A stretch of DNA of 64,000 nt from Spirochaetia bacterium (GCA_963662795.1 OY759746.1:768001-832000); one strand, 5' to 3'. Numbered from the stretch's first letter, positions 9,795 through 19,621 are shown. The notes: generated by a model from the sequence alone, not told the origin. A program made the numbers and translations.

Positions 9795-10397
9795 TTGAAA
9801 AAAATATACACAACCGGAACAAAACTGTTTTCAGCCGCACAGCATTATTTAATTCCCTGTCTTGCCATAATTCTTATAATAGCATCATCAGGGTGTAAAA
9901 CACAGCCCATCCCTCAGGAAAAAGAACTTACCCTCCCTTCGGAAAAAAAAGGCGAAACTGTAATTTCCTATCGGGTTGAGCCTTCAAAATTTTACACAGA
10001 TGAATACGGATACACAGGCGCAGGCTATCTCACCAGGGACCAGCAGTGGGAAAAGATAAAAACCGCTCTTGATAAAAAAAACACTTCTGTTGATTTAATA
10101 AATAAGGAAAATTCAAAATTACCAAAAACCGGCACAATCACGATCCACATAGGCCGGCTCGAGCTTATGCATGCCGACACTGTCTGGTACACTATCGTCT
10201 GCAAAGAAAAAAATAAAACTCTTTTCACAATAAAAGGAAAGGAAGGTGTTCCCAACATTAAAGGGCGGGATGGGAACTGGTGGAATACTATCGAAATACC
10301 TCTGCAGGAAGAGATTACCTCCCGGATCGATATTACTGTTACAGACAGAAAAACAGGCAGGGAATACAGCTTTGCAATAATAAAAGAAACATCCTGA
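9795..10397 (+). CDS. Hypothetical lipoprotein
   Basis: Open frame; the TTG at 9768 lies inside the IS end, so TTG 9795 after AAGGA is preferred; hydrophobic stretch followed by SSGC lipobox. Confidence 0.65.
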   Translation: MKKIYTTGTKLFSAAQHYLIPCLAIILIIASSGCKTQPIPQEKELTLPSEKKGETVISYRVEPSKFYTDEYGYTGAGYLTRDQQWEKIKTALDKKNTSVDLINKENSKLPKTGTITIHIGRLELMHADTVWYTIVCKEKNKTLFTIKGKEGVPNIKGRDGNWWNTIEIPLQEEITSRIDITVTDRKTGREYSFAIIKETS

Positions 10398-10525
10398 AAT
10401 CAGATAATTCCTCATAATTCATTCTAATATTCCTTTTTTGAACTGCTATCTGCTTTTTCATATAAAAATCACTTGTATTTTACTCCAAATCAGAAAAATC
10501 TTTCATTTTGGAATAAAATTAAGGG

Positions 10526-10554
10526 TTGACAGATCGGAAATCCGGCTTGATAAT
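10526..10554 (+). promoter_or_regulatory. Sigma70 promoter of TRAP-GntR-opine dehydrogenase operon
   Basis: TTGACA-17 bp-GATAAT. Confidence 0.7.
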
Positions 10555-10565
10555 ACTAATATACA

Positions 10566-10579
10566 GCTGATATATCAGC
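10566..10579. promoter_or_regulatory. Probable GntR operator
   Basis: Perfect palindrome GCTGATATATCAGC just downstream of the -10 box; a GntR gene lies in the same operon. Confidence 0.7.
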
Positions 10580-10609
10580 CGTATAGCAATTTACAAAAGG
10601 AGCAAACCT

Positions 10610-11617
10610 ATGAAAAAAATCCTGACAGCAGCAGTTATATTATCACTGCTTGCACTGCCGCTATTTGCCGGCGGCTCTAAAGAAGAGGGGGCAAAAAAAG
10701 TAACTTTAAAAATGGCGGGGCAATACGCACCGGATCATTCAACAACTAAACTGCAGTACAAGTTCAAGGAACTTGTGGAAAAACAGTCCAACGGTGAAAT
10801 TGAAGTCAAGGTTTACCCGGCAAACCAGCTCGGAGATTACACCCAGGTTTATGAAGAACTCAGACGCGGTACAATAGATCTTGCCACGATTTCCGTACCA
10901 AGCCAGTTTGATCCCCGCCTTGATGTAACATACCTTCATTACCTTGCAATGAACTATAAGGAAGCTGAGAAAGTTTATGCCAGGGGTTCTGCTATGTTTT
11001 CAATCATGGAAGAACTCCATGGAAATCTTGATGTAAAATTCCTTGGATTTAACGTAGAGGGATTCGGAATTCTCGGCCTTACAAAAATGCCGACTGATAT
11101 CAAAGATCCGACAAAGCCTAAAAACATCCTTCTAAGGGTTCCTCCGATGGCAGTTTTCAAGATTACAGCGGATGATCAGGGGTTCCAGACAGTTTCTGTT
11201 CCATTCGCAGAACTTTATACAGCACTTCAGACCGGTGTAGCAGACGGCTGGAGCGGAGGTCCTGCCATGGTCAACTATGTACAGTTTGGCGATGTAATCA
11301 AATATGTTCTCATGAATAATAACTTTTTTGAAAACACTTCATATCTCATGAGTCAGAAGGTATGGAATAGCCTCTCTCCCGCGCATCAGAAAGTTATTGC
11401 AGATGCATCTGCGCAGATTTCCAAAGAGAGTCTTAAAGTCGCTGAGAATAACGATAAGATATATCCTCCCAAATTCAAGGAGAAAGGAATCGAAGTTATC
11501 AATATGAGCGATGCTGAACTTAAAACATGGGCAGACCACTGCAGAAAAGTAACATGGCCGAAGCTTGAAGAAAGACTTACAAAAGAAGTAATTGACCGAC
11601 TGCTTGCTGATTATTAA
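10610..11617 (+). CDS. dctP: TRAP solute-binding protein DctP
   Basis: Signal peptide FAGG; VYPANQLG, conserved Arg in LLRVPP, and ELYTALQTGVADG motifs. Confidence 0.92.
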   Translation: MKKILTAAVILSLLALPLFAGGSKEEGAKKVTLKMAGQYAPDHSTTKLQYKFKELVEKQSNGEIEVKVYPANQLGDYTQVYEELRRGTIDLATISVPSQFDPRLDVTYLHYLAMNYKEAEKVYARGSAMFSIMEELHGNLDVKFLGFNVEGFGILGLTKMPTDIKDPTKPKNILLRVPPMAVFKITADDQGFQTVSVPFAELYTALQTGVADGWSGGPAMVNYVQFGDVIKYVLMNNNFFENTSYLMSQKVWNSLSPAHQKVIADASAQISKESLKVAENNDKIYPPKFKEKGIEVINMSDAELKTWADHCRKVTWPKLEERLTKEVIDRLLADY

Positions 11618-11627
11618 TAAATGAACC

Positions 11628-11662
11628 AATAAGCCGGCAGGCAGCATGTCTGCCGGTTTATT
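11628..11662 (+). other. Intercistronic stem-loop
   Basis: AATAAGCCGGCAGGCA...TGTCTGCCGGTTTATT inverted repeat. Confidence 0.7.
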
Positions 11663-11679
11663 TTAAAAGGAGGAAAAGC

Positions 11680-12216
11680 TTGGGACATGAGCTGACAATA
11701 AAAATAGATAAAGTATTTAAAAGTATTCAGCAGGCCATTTTAATTGCTTCCTGTTCATTTGTAACAATCGGAATCGGAACAGGGGCCATATTAAGATATC
11801 TTTTCAAAAAGGACCTTTACGGTGCAGAGGAGTTTATAACAATTGCCGCATTCTGGATGTACTTTATTGGCGCAGTTTACGCGACACATACGAAAAAACA
11901 CATAACAGCAGAAGTATTCAGCGCACTTTGTAATAATAAAAAAATAGTACACACAGTTAAAATAATCAGCCTGATAGCAACAATTCTTCTTTCTATGCTG
12001 TTCAGCTGGTGGGGATGGCAGTTTTTCCACTGGAGCCTTACAAACGGAGGCCGTTCTGTAGTCTGGCTTATCCCTCTTGTATACGGTCATACAGCTGTGT
12101 TTCTCAGTTTTATACTGATGACTTTTTACTTTATAATTGACCTGAAAAATGAGATACGGGATTTAAAACTTCACATTGAAGATGAAAAATCAGATCTTGG
12201 GGAGGTGAAGGCATGA
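11680..12216 (+). CDS. dctQ: TRAP small permease DctQ
   Basis: 4 TM segments; RY.F...AEE...W..FIGA...HI pattern. Confidence 0.88.
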   Translation: MGHELTIKIDKVFKSIQQAILIASCSFVTIGIGTGAILRYLFKKDLYGAEEFITIAAFWMYFIGAVYATHTKKHITAEVFSALCNNKKIVHTVKIISLIATILLSMLFSWWGWQFFHWSLTNGGRSVVWLIPLVYGHTAVFLSFILMTFYFIIDLKNEIRDLKLHIEDEKSDLGEVKA

Positions 12217-13517
12217 CAACAGTTATATCCTTACTGATTTTATTCAGCTGTCTCCTGGTAGGAATCCCTGTTGCATTCGCCTTTCTCGCATCTGTAACAT
12301 TCCTGATCGGCTTCGGTGGATATGATCCCAGTTTTCTGCTTCCTTACGGCTTCAGCAAGATGAATACAGTTGTAATACTCGCTATACCGCTCTTTATTAT
12401 AGCCGGCGGCCTTATCAACAAATCAAAGGTCGGCGACAAACTGGTCTCTCTGGTTGAACTGTTTGTGGGAAGGATCAAAGGTGGCCTTGGAGCAGTTGCG
12501 ATAGTATCGTGTGCTGTTTTCGGTTCCATAACCGGTAGTGCCTGTGCAACACTGTCTGCCATTGGTTCAATAATGTTCCCGCGCCTTGATCAGGCCGGAT
12601 ATCCCAGAGGGCATTCGGCTGCGATTATGGCAAACGCGTCTGTTCTTGGAATGTTGATACCACCCAGTTCGATTATGATTCTTTATGCGTGGGTTGGACA
12701 GACATCGGTACTTGCCTGCTTTCTTTCAAGCGTAATACCTGGAATTATTCTCACAATTCTTATGTCGCTCGTTAACATGTGGATGCTTAAAGACAATAAA
12801 AATCTTATTCTTGAACCCAAAATGAGTAAAAAGGAATTCCAGTCCGAGCTTTTAAAGCGTACGGGAAGTGGAATACCGGCCCTTACAATGCCTGTACTTG
12901 TTCTCGGAGGTATATACGGAGGGTTTGTAACCCCTACCGAGGCAGCGGCCGTTTCAGTACTTTATACACTGCCGATTGGGTTTTTAATCTATAAAGGGCT
13001 CTCATGGAAAAAGGTCGGTGATGTTTTACTTGAATCTGCTGTAACGACAGGAGCACTGATGGTAATGCTCTACTCAATAATGATATTGAGCAGAATGTAT
13101 ATTATGGAAGATCTGCCCGGACTGATAATGGGTTTTCTTACATCAATATCAGATAACAAATACATACTGCTGATCATGATAAATATTTTCATGGTAATCA
13201 TCGGTATGCTGATGGATGATGTAAGCGCAGTCCTTCTTGCAACCCCAATACTGCTTCCTGTAGTTGTTAAACTGGGGATCACACCGATCCACTTTGCAGC
13301 CATTGTAGGTGTAAATCTTGGACTCGGCAATGTAACGCCGCCGACAGCGCCACTGCTTTATTTAAGCAGCCAGTTAAACGGAGCAAAGACAAGCGAAACA
13401 CTCGGACCTACCATGAAACTTCTCGCTTTTGCCTGGCTACCGACACTTGCCATCACTACTTATATTCCTGAACTGTCACAATGGCTTCCAGGACTATTAT
13501 TGGGTATGAAATTTTAA
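12213..13517 (+). CDS. dctM: TRAP large permease DctM
   Basis: LAIPLFI, GGLG, LIPPS, GG..TPTEAA and TPP motifs. Confidence 0.92.
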   Translation: MTTVISLLILFSCLLVGIPVAFAFLASVTFLIGFGGYDPSFLLPYGFSKMNTVVILAIPLFIIAGGLINKSKVGDKLVSLVELFVGRIKGGLGAVAIVSCAVFGSITGSACATLSAIGSIMFPRLDQAGYPRGHSAAIMANASVLGMLIPPSSIMILYAWVGQTSVLACFLSSVIPGIILTILMSLVNMWMLKDNKNLILEPKMSKKEFQSELLKRTGSGIPALTMPVLVLGGIYGGFVTPTEAAAVSVLYTLPIGFLIYKGLSWKKVGDVLLESAVTTGALMVMLYSIMILSRMYIMEDLPGLIMGFLTSISDNKYILLIMINIFMVIIGMLMDDVSAVLLATPILLPVVVKLGITPIHFAAIVGVNLGLGNVTPPTAPLLYLSSQLNGAKTSETLGPTMKLLAFAWLPTLAITTYIPELSQWLPGLLLGMKF

Positions 13518-13538
13518 GCAAAAGGAGCATCAGTCAAC

Positions 13539-14168
13539 ATGGGTGAACTTAAGGATTATGTCCTGAAAAATCTGAAATACAAAATCATTATGAAAAAACT
13601 TCAACCCGGGGAAGTATTAAACGAAAAAAAACTTATTGAGGAATACGGTATAGGAAGAACACCTCTCCGGGAAATTTTGATTGAGCTTCAGAGAGAAGGT
13701 CTGATTCAAAGGTTTCCCCGTTCAGGCACCATAGTGGCTCCAATGGATTTTAACCAGCTAAAAGAGGTAACTGAAATCAGGATACCGCTGGAAGGGACTG
13801 TAGGAGAACTTGCCGCGGAAAAAATTACTGAAGACCAGATTGAATTATTAAAAAAAACATATTTGAAAATTGTAGAAACTGAAAAACTGGGAAGCGATGA
13901 AGACATACTGATGTATGACACTGTGCTTCACAATATTTTATATCAGGCTGCAGGAAACACAAGGCTTCAAAAGATTATCCATGAACTGCAGGCTGTCGAC
14001 TCAAGATACTGGTTCGCAATCACATATAAACAGGAACATTACAAGGACCAGTTGGAACAATGGAAAGGGATAATTGAAGCTGTAGAAGCAAGGGACAAGG
14101 ACAAAACAAAAATCCTTTTGCAAAATCACGTAAAAAAATTTATTAACAGATTTATGAATCATTTATAG
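13539..14168 (+). CDS. GntR-family regulator (FCD domain)
   Basis: L.PGE.L.EK.L...YGIGRTPLRE.L..L..EGL winged helix; R..LE and H..L...AGN in the FCD domain. Confidence 0.9.
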   Translation: MGELKDYVLKNLKYKIIMKKLQPGEVLNEKKLIEEYGIGRTPLREILIELQREGLIQRFPRSGTIVAPMDFNQLKEVTEIRIPLEGTVGELAAEKITEDQIELLKKTYLKIVETEKLGSDEDILMYDTVLHNILYQAAGNTRLQKIIHELQAVDSRYWFAITYKQEHYKDQLEQWKGIIEAVEARDKDKTKILLQNHVKKFINRFMNHL

Positions 14169-14177
14169 GAGATTAAT

Positions 14178-15269
14178 ATGCCAAAAAAAATTGCAATACT
14201 TGGAGCAGGCCACGGAGGACATGCGGCAGCAGCAGAAATGACAGAAAAAGGACATGATGTAAGACTATACCAGGACCCTGAGTATATATCTCTTATCAAA
14301 AAGGTATATGAAACAAAAGAAATTAAAATATCAGGTGAAGAAAGAAAAACAGCAGTCGTAAAAATACCATTGATAACCACTGATCTTAAAAAGGCAGTAC
14401 AGGGAGCAGACATCATACTTTACACAGTACCTGCTTTTGTACACAGGAAAATGGCGGCGGAACTGGCTGATGTTGTAGAAGAAGGGCAGATTATTGCGCT
14501 TCTTCCAGGTACTCTCGGGACTCTTGTAACAGCAAGAATATTCAGGGAAAAAGGGGTACTTGATAAAGTAATACTTGCAGAGACAAACACACTCCCCTAT
14601 GACACAAGAGTTCTCGCTCCCGGAGAAGTGTTTGTATACAAGATGAACAACCCCCTCCTTCTCGGTGTATTCCCGGCAGACAGAACAGCTGAAGCAGTAA
14701 AAAAGCTCGAAGGAACATATAACTATGTACCTGTATCAGATGTTCTCGAATGCGCGCTTCACAGCCACAATCCTATACTCCATACACCAGGGTGTATAAT
14801 GAATGTAGGAAGGATGGAAAGATCATGGGGAGAATTTTACCTCTATGAAGAAGGATTTTCACCCACAGTATGCAGGGTAACCGAGGAAATGGACAAGGAA
14901 AGAATGGCTATAGGTTACGCTTACGGCTATAAACCACTTACTCTTACCCAGGCGCTTTCCGGTCTTGACAACCCGGGAGACCTCTGGAAAGAAGTCAACG
15001 GAAACAGGGGTCTCTGCTTTATAAAAGGACCGGACAGCGTTAAAAGCAGATATTTTACGGAAGATACTCCCAACGGACTTGTTCCCTGGTCGATGATAGC
15101 GGATATTGCAGGAGTTGAAACACCACTGATTGATTCATTTGCCACTATAGCAAGCACTGTTATCCAGATTGATTCATGGAAAACCGGGAGAACCTTAAAA
15201 GACATGGGAATTGAAAATATGTCAAAGTCTGATTTCCAGGTCTATATGAAGACCGGAAAAAGGAAATAG
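14178..15269 (+). CDS. NAD(P)-dependent opine (octopine/nopaline family) dehydrogenase
   Basis: GAGHGG Rossmann motif; ETNTLPY, NPILH, FYLYEEG and SRYFTEDTPNGLVP motifs. Confidence 0.85.
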   Translation: MPKKIAILGAGHGGHAAAAEMTEKGHDVRLYQDPEYISLIKKVYETKEIKISGEERKTAVVKIPLITTDLKKAVQGADIILYTVPAFVHRKMAAELADVVEEGQIIALLPGTLGTLVTARIFREKGVLDKVILAETNTLPYDTRVLAPGEVFVYKMNNPLLLGVFPADRTAEAVKKLEGTYNYVPVSDVLECALHSHNPILHTPGCIMNVGRMERSWGEFYLYEEGFSPTVCRVTEEMDKERMAIGYAYGYKPLTLTQALSGLDNPGDLWKEVNGNRGLCFIKGPDSVKSRYFTEDTPNGLVPWSMIADIAGVETPLIDSFATIASTVIQIDSWKTGRTLKDMGIENMSKSDFQVYMKTGKRK

Positions 15270-15271
15270 CC

Positions 15272-16009
15272 ATGACAAAATACCAGGTACGAAGGGGAGC
15301 TGAAAGCTATGGTCATGCTATAGGCATTTTACTTATTGACTGCAGCACCCCTTTTATACCGGGTGATGTAGGAAATGCCTCAACCTACTCTTTCCCGGTT
15401 CTGTATAAAACAGTTCCAAACGTAACCCTGAAGAGGCTTATTGAAGATGCGGACTTAAGTCTTACCGATGCTGTGATTCAAACAGCAAAAGATCTTGAAA
15501 CATCAGGAGTAAGGGCAATATCAAGCGACTGCGGCTACATGATTCATTTTCAGAAACAGGTTGCGGAAGAGATAAATATTCCTGTCATAATGTCAAGTCT
15601 GTTGCAGCTCCCAATGCTTGAGAGGACAATCCGCTCTTCAAAAAAAATCGGAGTAATATGCGCCAACAGAAAAAAACTAACCTCCGATATGCTCGATATA
15701 GCCGGTGTAAAAGATAAATCTTCAATAGTAATAAGAGGAATGGAGGAAATGCCGTACTTCAGGGCGCCAATTCTTGATGAAAAACCGGAACTTGTTTACG
15801 AAGAAATTGAAAAAGAGATCGTTTCTGTTGCTGAAGAACTGGTTTCATCACACCCGGAAACAGGCCCGCTGCTTCTCGAATGTTCCAACATGCCGCCCTA
15901 TGCTCATGCAATACAAAAAGCAACAGGCAGGCCGATATTTGATTTTACTACACTCATTAATATATTTGCCGGAGCATCTTTCAGGAATGCATACACTGGA
16001 ATATATTGA
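15272..16009 (+). CDS. Asp/Glu/hydantoin racemase-superfamily protein (PRK07475-like)
   Basis: IGIL, PGDVGNASTY.FPV, and the cysteine pair SDCG / LECSNMPPY. Confidence 0.8.
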   Translation: MTKYQVRRGAESYGHAIGILLIDCSTPFIPGDVGNASTYSFPVLYKTVPNVTLKRLIEDADLSLTDAVIQTAKDLETSGVRAISSDCGYMIHFQKQVAEEINIPVIMSSLLQLPMLERTIRSSKKIGVICANRKKLTSDMLDIAGVKDKSSIVIRGMEEMPYFRAPILDEKPELVYEEIEKEIVSVAEELVSSHPETGPLLLECSNMPPYAHAIQKATGRPIFDFTTLINIFAGASFRNAYTGIY

Positions 16010-16071
16010 GGATAAAACAAGAGCGGGGGATTAGAGACTGACAGCCAATTATCCCCCGCATTAACAAACCT

Positions 16072-16105
16072 ATAAAGCCTTTCCCGACGAAAGGCTTTAT
16101 TTTTT
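16072..16105 (+). terminator. Rho-independent terminator
   Basis: ATAAAGCCTTTC-CCGAC-GAAAGGCTTTAT followed by T run. Confidence 0.85.
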
Positions 16106-16395
16106 ATACTTTATACAGCAAGTTAAGTCAATAAAAAGCAAAAATCTGATTAATTTATTCAGAGCTTTTTCTTTGTCCAAACCGGTTATTCTGCACGAAA
16201 TTCAACACTATCTGCAGATTCAATAAAAAAACCACAGATTTTAATCATTTTCCAACAATATGTACGTATTCCATGAACAATACTATGGCTTAAATATATA
16301 TAAAGCTTAATAAATATGTTCTTTTCTTTTTACAATACCGGGTTTATACTTATTAATTACTAAAGGACGTTGTCCAGTAAATACACAACATCAAA

Positions 16396-16447
16396 GGAGG
16401 TATTTAAATGGTAAAAAAATTAATGGAGGTATTTAAATGGTAAAAAA
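16396..16447 (+). repeat. Tandem duplication of RBS + start (GGAGGTATTTAAATGGTAAAAAA x2, 29 nt period)
   Basis: Copies start at 16396 and 16425; the first ATG (16408) opens an 11-codon ORF MVKKLMEVFKW* that overlaps the true start. Confidence 0.9.
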
Positions 16448-17525
16448 GGGTTCTAAACAAATAATTTCAATTATTTGTATGATCGCGCTGCTTACTGCTG
16501 TTGTTTTTGCAATGAGCGGATGCAGCGGTTCAAAAGAGACAGCTGCAGCAGGTGCTGACACTCCTAAAAAAGAACAGATCAAATGGAGACTTCAATCCTA
16601 TGCAGGTCCGGCTCTTAATGATCATGTAGTTAAAAACGCAATAGACGAGTTTAACATTGCCGCAAACGGTGAAATGGTCATTGATGTATATACAGCTGAC
16701 CAGCTTGTACCGCATGGCGAATTATTCAGGGCATTGCAGGAAGGCACAGTAGATGCGGTTGTCAGCGATGATGACTCAATGGCTTCCCCTGTTGATGTGT
16801 CAGTTTTCGGAGCATACTTTCCTCTTGCCGCTAGATACGGCCTTGATGTAAATGTACTCTGGAACTGGTACGGCCTTAATGAAATCTGGAAAGAAGCCTA
16901 TGATGAAGTAGAAGGCGTAACCTGGATAAGCCAGGGAAGCTGGGATCCGTGTAACTTCGCAACCACAAAACCGATAAGATCAGTAAAAGATTTTAAAGGC
17001 CTTAGAATGTACATGTTCCCGACAGGCGGCAAGTTCATGCAGCAGTTCGGCGTTGTTCCTATGGTTCTTCCTTATGAAGATGTAGAAATGGCTATTCAGA
17101 CTGGTATGCTTGACGGTGTTGCATGGTCAGGTATCACAGAAGACTATACAGTTGGATGGGCAGACGTAACAAAATATTACCTCACCAATCCTATTTCAGG
17201 TGCATGGTCAGGCGGCTGGTTTGTCAACACAAAAGCATGGGAAAAAGTTCCTCCGCACCTTCAGCAGATTTATAAACTCGCGATTGACAAATCGCATTAC
17301 TACAGACTCCACTGGTACTGGTGGGGAGAAGCTGAATACCGTGTAAACGGAGGAAAGCTTGAACTTACAACAATTCCTGATGCTGAATGGAAAGTAGTAG
17401 AAGATGCTGCAATAAAATACTGGGATGAAATTGCAGCTACAAGCCCGAGAAACGCGAAAGTTGTCGGCATCCTTAAAAAATATGTTGATACAATGAAAAA
17501 GGCAGGAGCTCCATACAGATACTAA
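16437..17525 (+). CDS. dctP: TRAP solute-binding lipoprotein, ethanolamine-binding-type subfamily
   Basis: Lipobox MSGC; WRLQSYAG, ADQLVP.GELFRA, WDPC and WSGITEDY motifs; the carboxylate-binding Arg is replaced by an aromatic residue (GLRMYMFP). Confidence 0.8.
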   Translation: MVKKGSKQIISIICMIALLTAVVFAMSGCSGSKETAAAGADTPKKEQIKWRLQSYAGPALNDHVVKNAIDEFNIAANGEMVIDVYTADQLVPHGELFRALQEGTVDAVVSDDDSMASPVDVSVFGAYFPLAARYGLDVNVLWNWYGLNEIWKEAYDEVEGVTWISQGSWDPCNFATTKPIRSVKDFKGLRMYMFPTGGKFMQQFGVVPMVLPYEDVEMAIQTGMLDGVAWSGITEDYTVGWADVTKYYLTNPISGAWSGGWFVNTKAWEKVPPHLQQIYKLAIDKSHYYRLHWYWWGEAEYRVNGGKLELTTIPDAEWKVVEDAAIKYWDEIAATSPRNAKVVGILKKYVDTMKKAGAPYRY

Positions 17526-17633
17526 AGAGCCTGGCGATTGATTAATACTATATAGTATTTTCCCTTCCTGAAATCTGATATTAAGACAAGGGAAGGGATT
17601 TTATAAACCAGGGTAAAATGAGGAGGATTTTGG

Positions 17634-18170
17634 ATGAATAAAGCTGCGAAAGCCTATGTTCGGGTTATTGATAAATCAAGCCGCTTTTTCGGCAAGGTCG
17701 CAATGAGCATGGTTCTGGGAATGGTTGCGATCCTGCTCTACGAGGCAATATCAAGAACAATATTTAATAGACCACATATCTGGGCAGTCGAGATGGCCCA
17801 GTTTATAATGGCTGCATATTATCTGCTTGGAGGCGGTTATACCCTCCTTATCGATGGACATGTAAGGATGGATTTGCTTTACCACAGATGGACAGTAAAA
17901 CAAAAAGCTATGGCAGATGTTATAACTTTCTTTATTGTGTTGATCTATATGACTGTATTATCCTACGGTGCAATTCAGGGCATAATATATGCGATAAAAT
18001 ACAAACAGGTTTCATATTCCGCATGGTCTCCGTCAGTAGTACCTATCAAAATTATCATGACATTTGGAATATTAATGATGTTTTTGCAGGTAATATCTGA
18101 ACTGATCAAGGATATTGCTGTTGCCAGAGGCGAAAGCATTGAAATAGTTAGAGCGGAGGACAAGAAATGA
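17634..18170 (+). CDS. dctQ: TRAP small permease DctQ
   Basis: W..EMAQF, LGG.Y, HVRMDL.Y and SAW.P motifs. Confidence 0.9.
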   Translation: MNKAAKAYVRVIDKSSRFFGKVAMSMVLGMVAILLYEAISRTIFNRPHIWAVEMAQFIMAAYYLLGGGYTLLIDGHVRMDLLYHRWTVKQKAMADVITFFIVLIYMTVLSYGAIQGIIYAIKYKQVSYSAWSPSVVPIKIIMTFGILMMFLQVISELIKDIAVARGESIEIVRAEDKK

Positions 18171-19489
18171 GCGCTTATGGATTAATGGCAATTATGATGT
18201 TTTCTTCCATGATTGTTATGCTTCTCACCGGCAGACATATTTTTGCGGTAATCGGAGGCGTAGCTTCCATTTTTGCCCTATTGCTATGGGGCAAGGGCGG
18301 CGTAGGGATGGCATTCCAGGCAAGCTTTTCACTGCTTGTATGGTATCCTTTATTGACACTGCCGATTTTTATTTACATGGGTTACATGTTCGCAAAATCA
18401 GGAATTGCTGACGACCTTTATGAAATGATCCACGTGTGGATGGGCCCGGTAAGGGGCGGTCTTGCGATCGGAACAATCGGGCTCATGTCGATTATTTCAG
18501 CGATAAACGGTTTAAGTGTTGCAGGTATGGCGGTAGGAAGCACTATCGCGCTGCCGGAAATGCTTAAAAGAAAATATGATAAAAGAATGCTTACAGGAGT
18601 TATCCAGGCAGGCAGTTCACTCGGGATTCTTATCCCTCCCAGCGTAGTTCTTGTCCTTTACGGAATGATTGCCCGCCAGCCAGTCGGAAGGTTATGGCTC
18701 GCCGGTGTTTTCCCCGGATTGCTTCTTACAGGCATGTTTATAATATATATACTTGTACGCTGCTATTTCCAGCCCGAACTCGGCCCTACCCTGCCGCCTG
18801 AAGAAAGAAATATTCCCTGGGGGAAAAAACTTTCCCTGCTGAAGGGTGCGGTTATTCCTATCCTGATTATTTTTTCCATGTCAGGACTCTTTTTCATGGG
18901 GATTACAAGCCTGGTTGAAAGTTCAGCTGTAGGTGCTACTGCAACTACAATAGCTGCCCTTATTAAAAAAAGGCTTAACCTGAAAACAATGTATGAGGTT
19001 TTACGGGATACCTTAAGTGTAAGCTGTATGTTCATGTGGGTAATCCTTGCCGCCCTCGCTTTCGGAGCAATATTTGACGGTCTTGGAGCGGTACACGCAA
19101 TACAGGAACTTTTCCTGAGATACGGATTCGGCCCATGGGGAATCATAATAATGATGCAGCTCTCTTTTATAGCAATGGGTATGTTTCTTGACGATACAGC
19201 CATGCTGATAATCGTAGCTCCTCTTTATGTTCCTCTTGTAATAAAACTCGGTTTCGACCCTATCTGGTACGGCGTACTTTATACAATAACATGCCAGATA
19301 GCATATCTGACACCGCCTTTTGGATATAACCTCTTTCTTATGAAAGCCATGGCGCCAAAGGAAATAACGCTTGCGGATATCTACTGGTCTGTAATACCAT
19401 TCGTACTGGTAATGATTCTGGCTCTTGTTGTTATAATGATTTTCCCGAGTATAGCAACCTGGCTTCCCAACCTGTATTACAATAGATAA
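18167..19489 (+). CDS. dctM: TRAP large permease DctM
   Basis: LPIFIYMG, GGLA, GSSLGILIPPS and YLTPPFGYNLF motifs. Confidence 0.92.
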   Translation: MSAYGLMAIMMFSSMIVMLLTGRHIFAVIGGVASIFALLLWGKGGVGMAFQASFSLLVWYPLLTLPIFIYMGYMFAKSGIADDLYEMIHVWMGPVRGGLAIGTIGLMSIISAINGLSVAGMAVGSTIALPEMLKRKYDKRMLTGVIQAGSSLGILIPPSVVLVLYGMIARQPVGRLWLAGVFPGLLLTGMFIIYILVRCYFQPELGPTLPPEERNIPWGKKLSLLKGAVIPILIIFSMSGLFFMGITSLVESSAVGATATTIAALIKKRLNLKTMYEVLRDTLSVSCMFMWVILAALAFGAIFDGLGAVHAIQELFLRYGFGPWGIIIMMQLSFIAMGMFLDDTAMLIIVAPLYVPLVIKLGFDPIWYGVLYTITCQIAYLTPPFGYNLFLMKAMAPKEITLADIYWSVIPFVLVMILALVVIMIFPSIATWLPNLYYNR

Positions 19490-19506
19490 TATTTACTTAA
19501 TAATTT

Positions 19507-19557
19507 AAACCGCCTTCCTTGACAACCAGTCAGGTTTTAAAAGGAGGCGGTTTTTTT
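19507..19557 (+). terminator. Rho-independent terminator
   Basis: AAACCGCCT...AGGCGGTTT followed by T run. Confidence 0.75.
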
Positions 19558-19621
19558 ATCTCTCTGTTAAAATGTTTAATTTCAGCTGAAGCCGGTTTAA
19601 TTATCACACCCCAATCAAATC

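Noticed and set aside
14178-15269. Staphylopine/pseudopaline-type metallophore synthesis (CntM-like)
   Set aside because: No nicotianamine-synthase-like gene, exporter or metal-uptake genes; import TRAP + GntR context suggests catabolism
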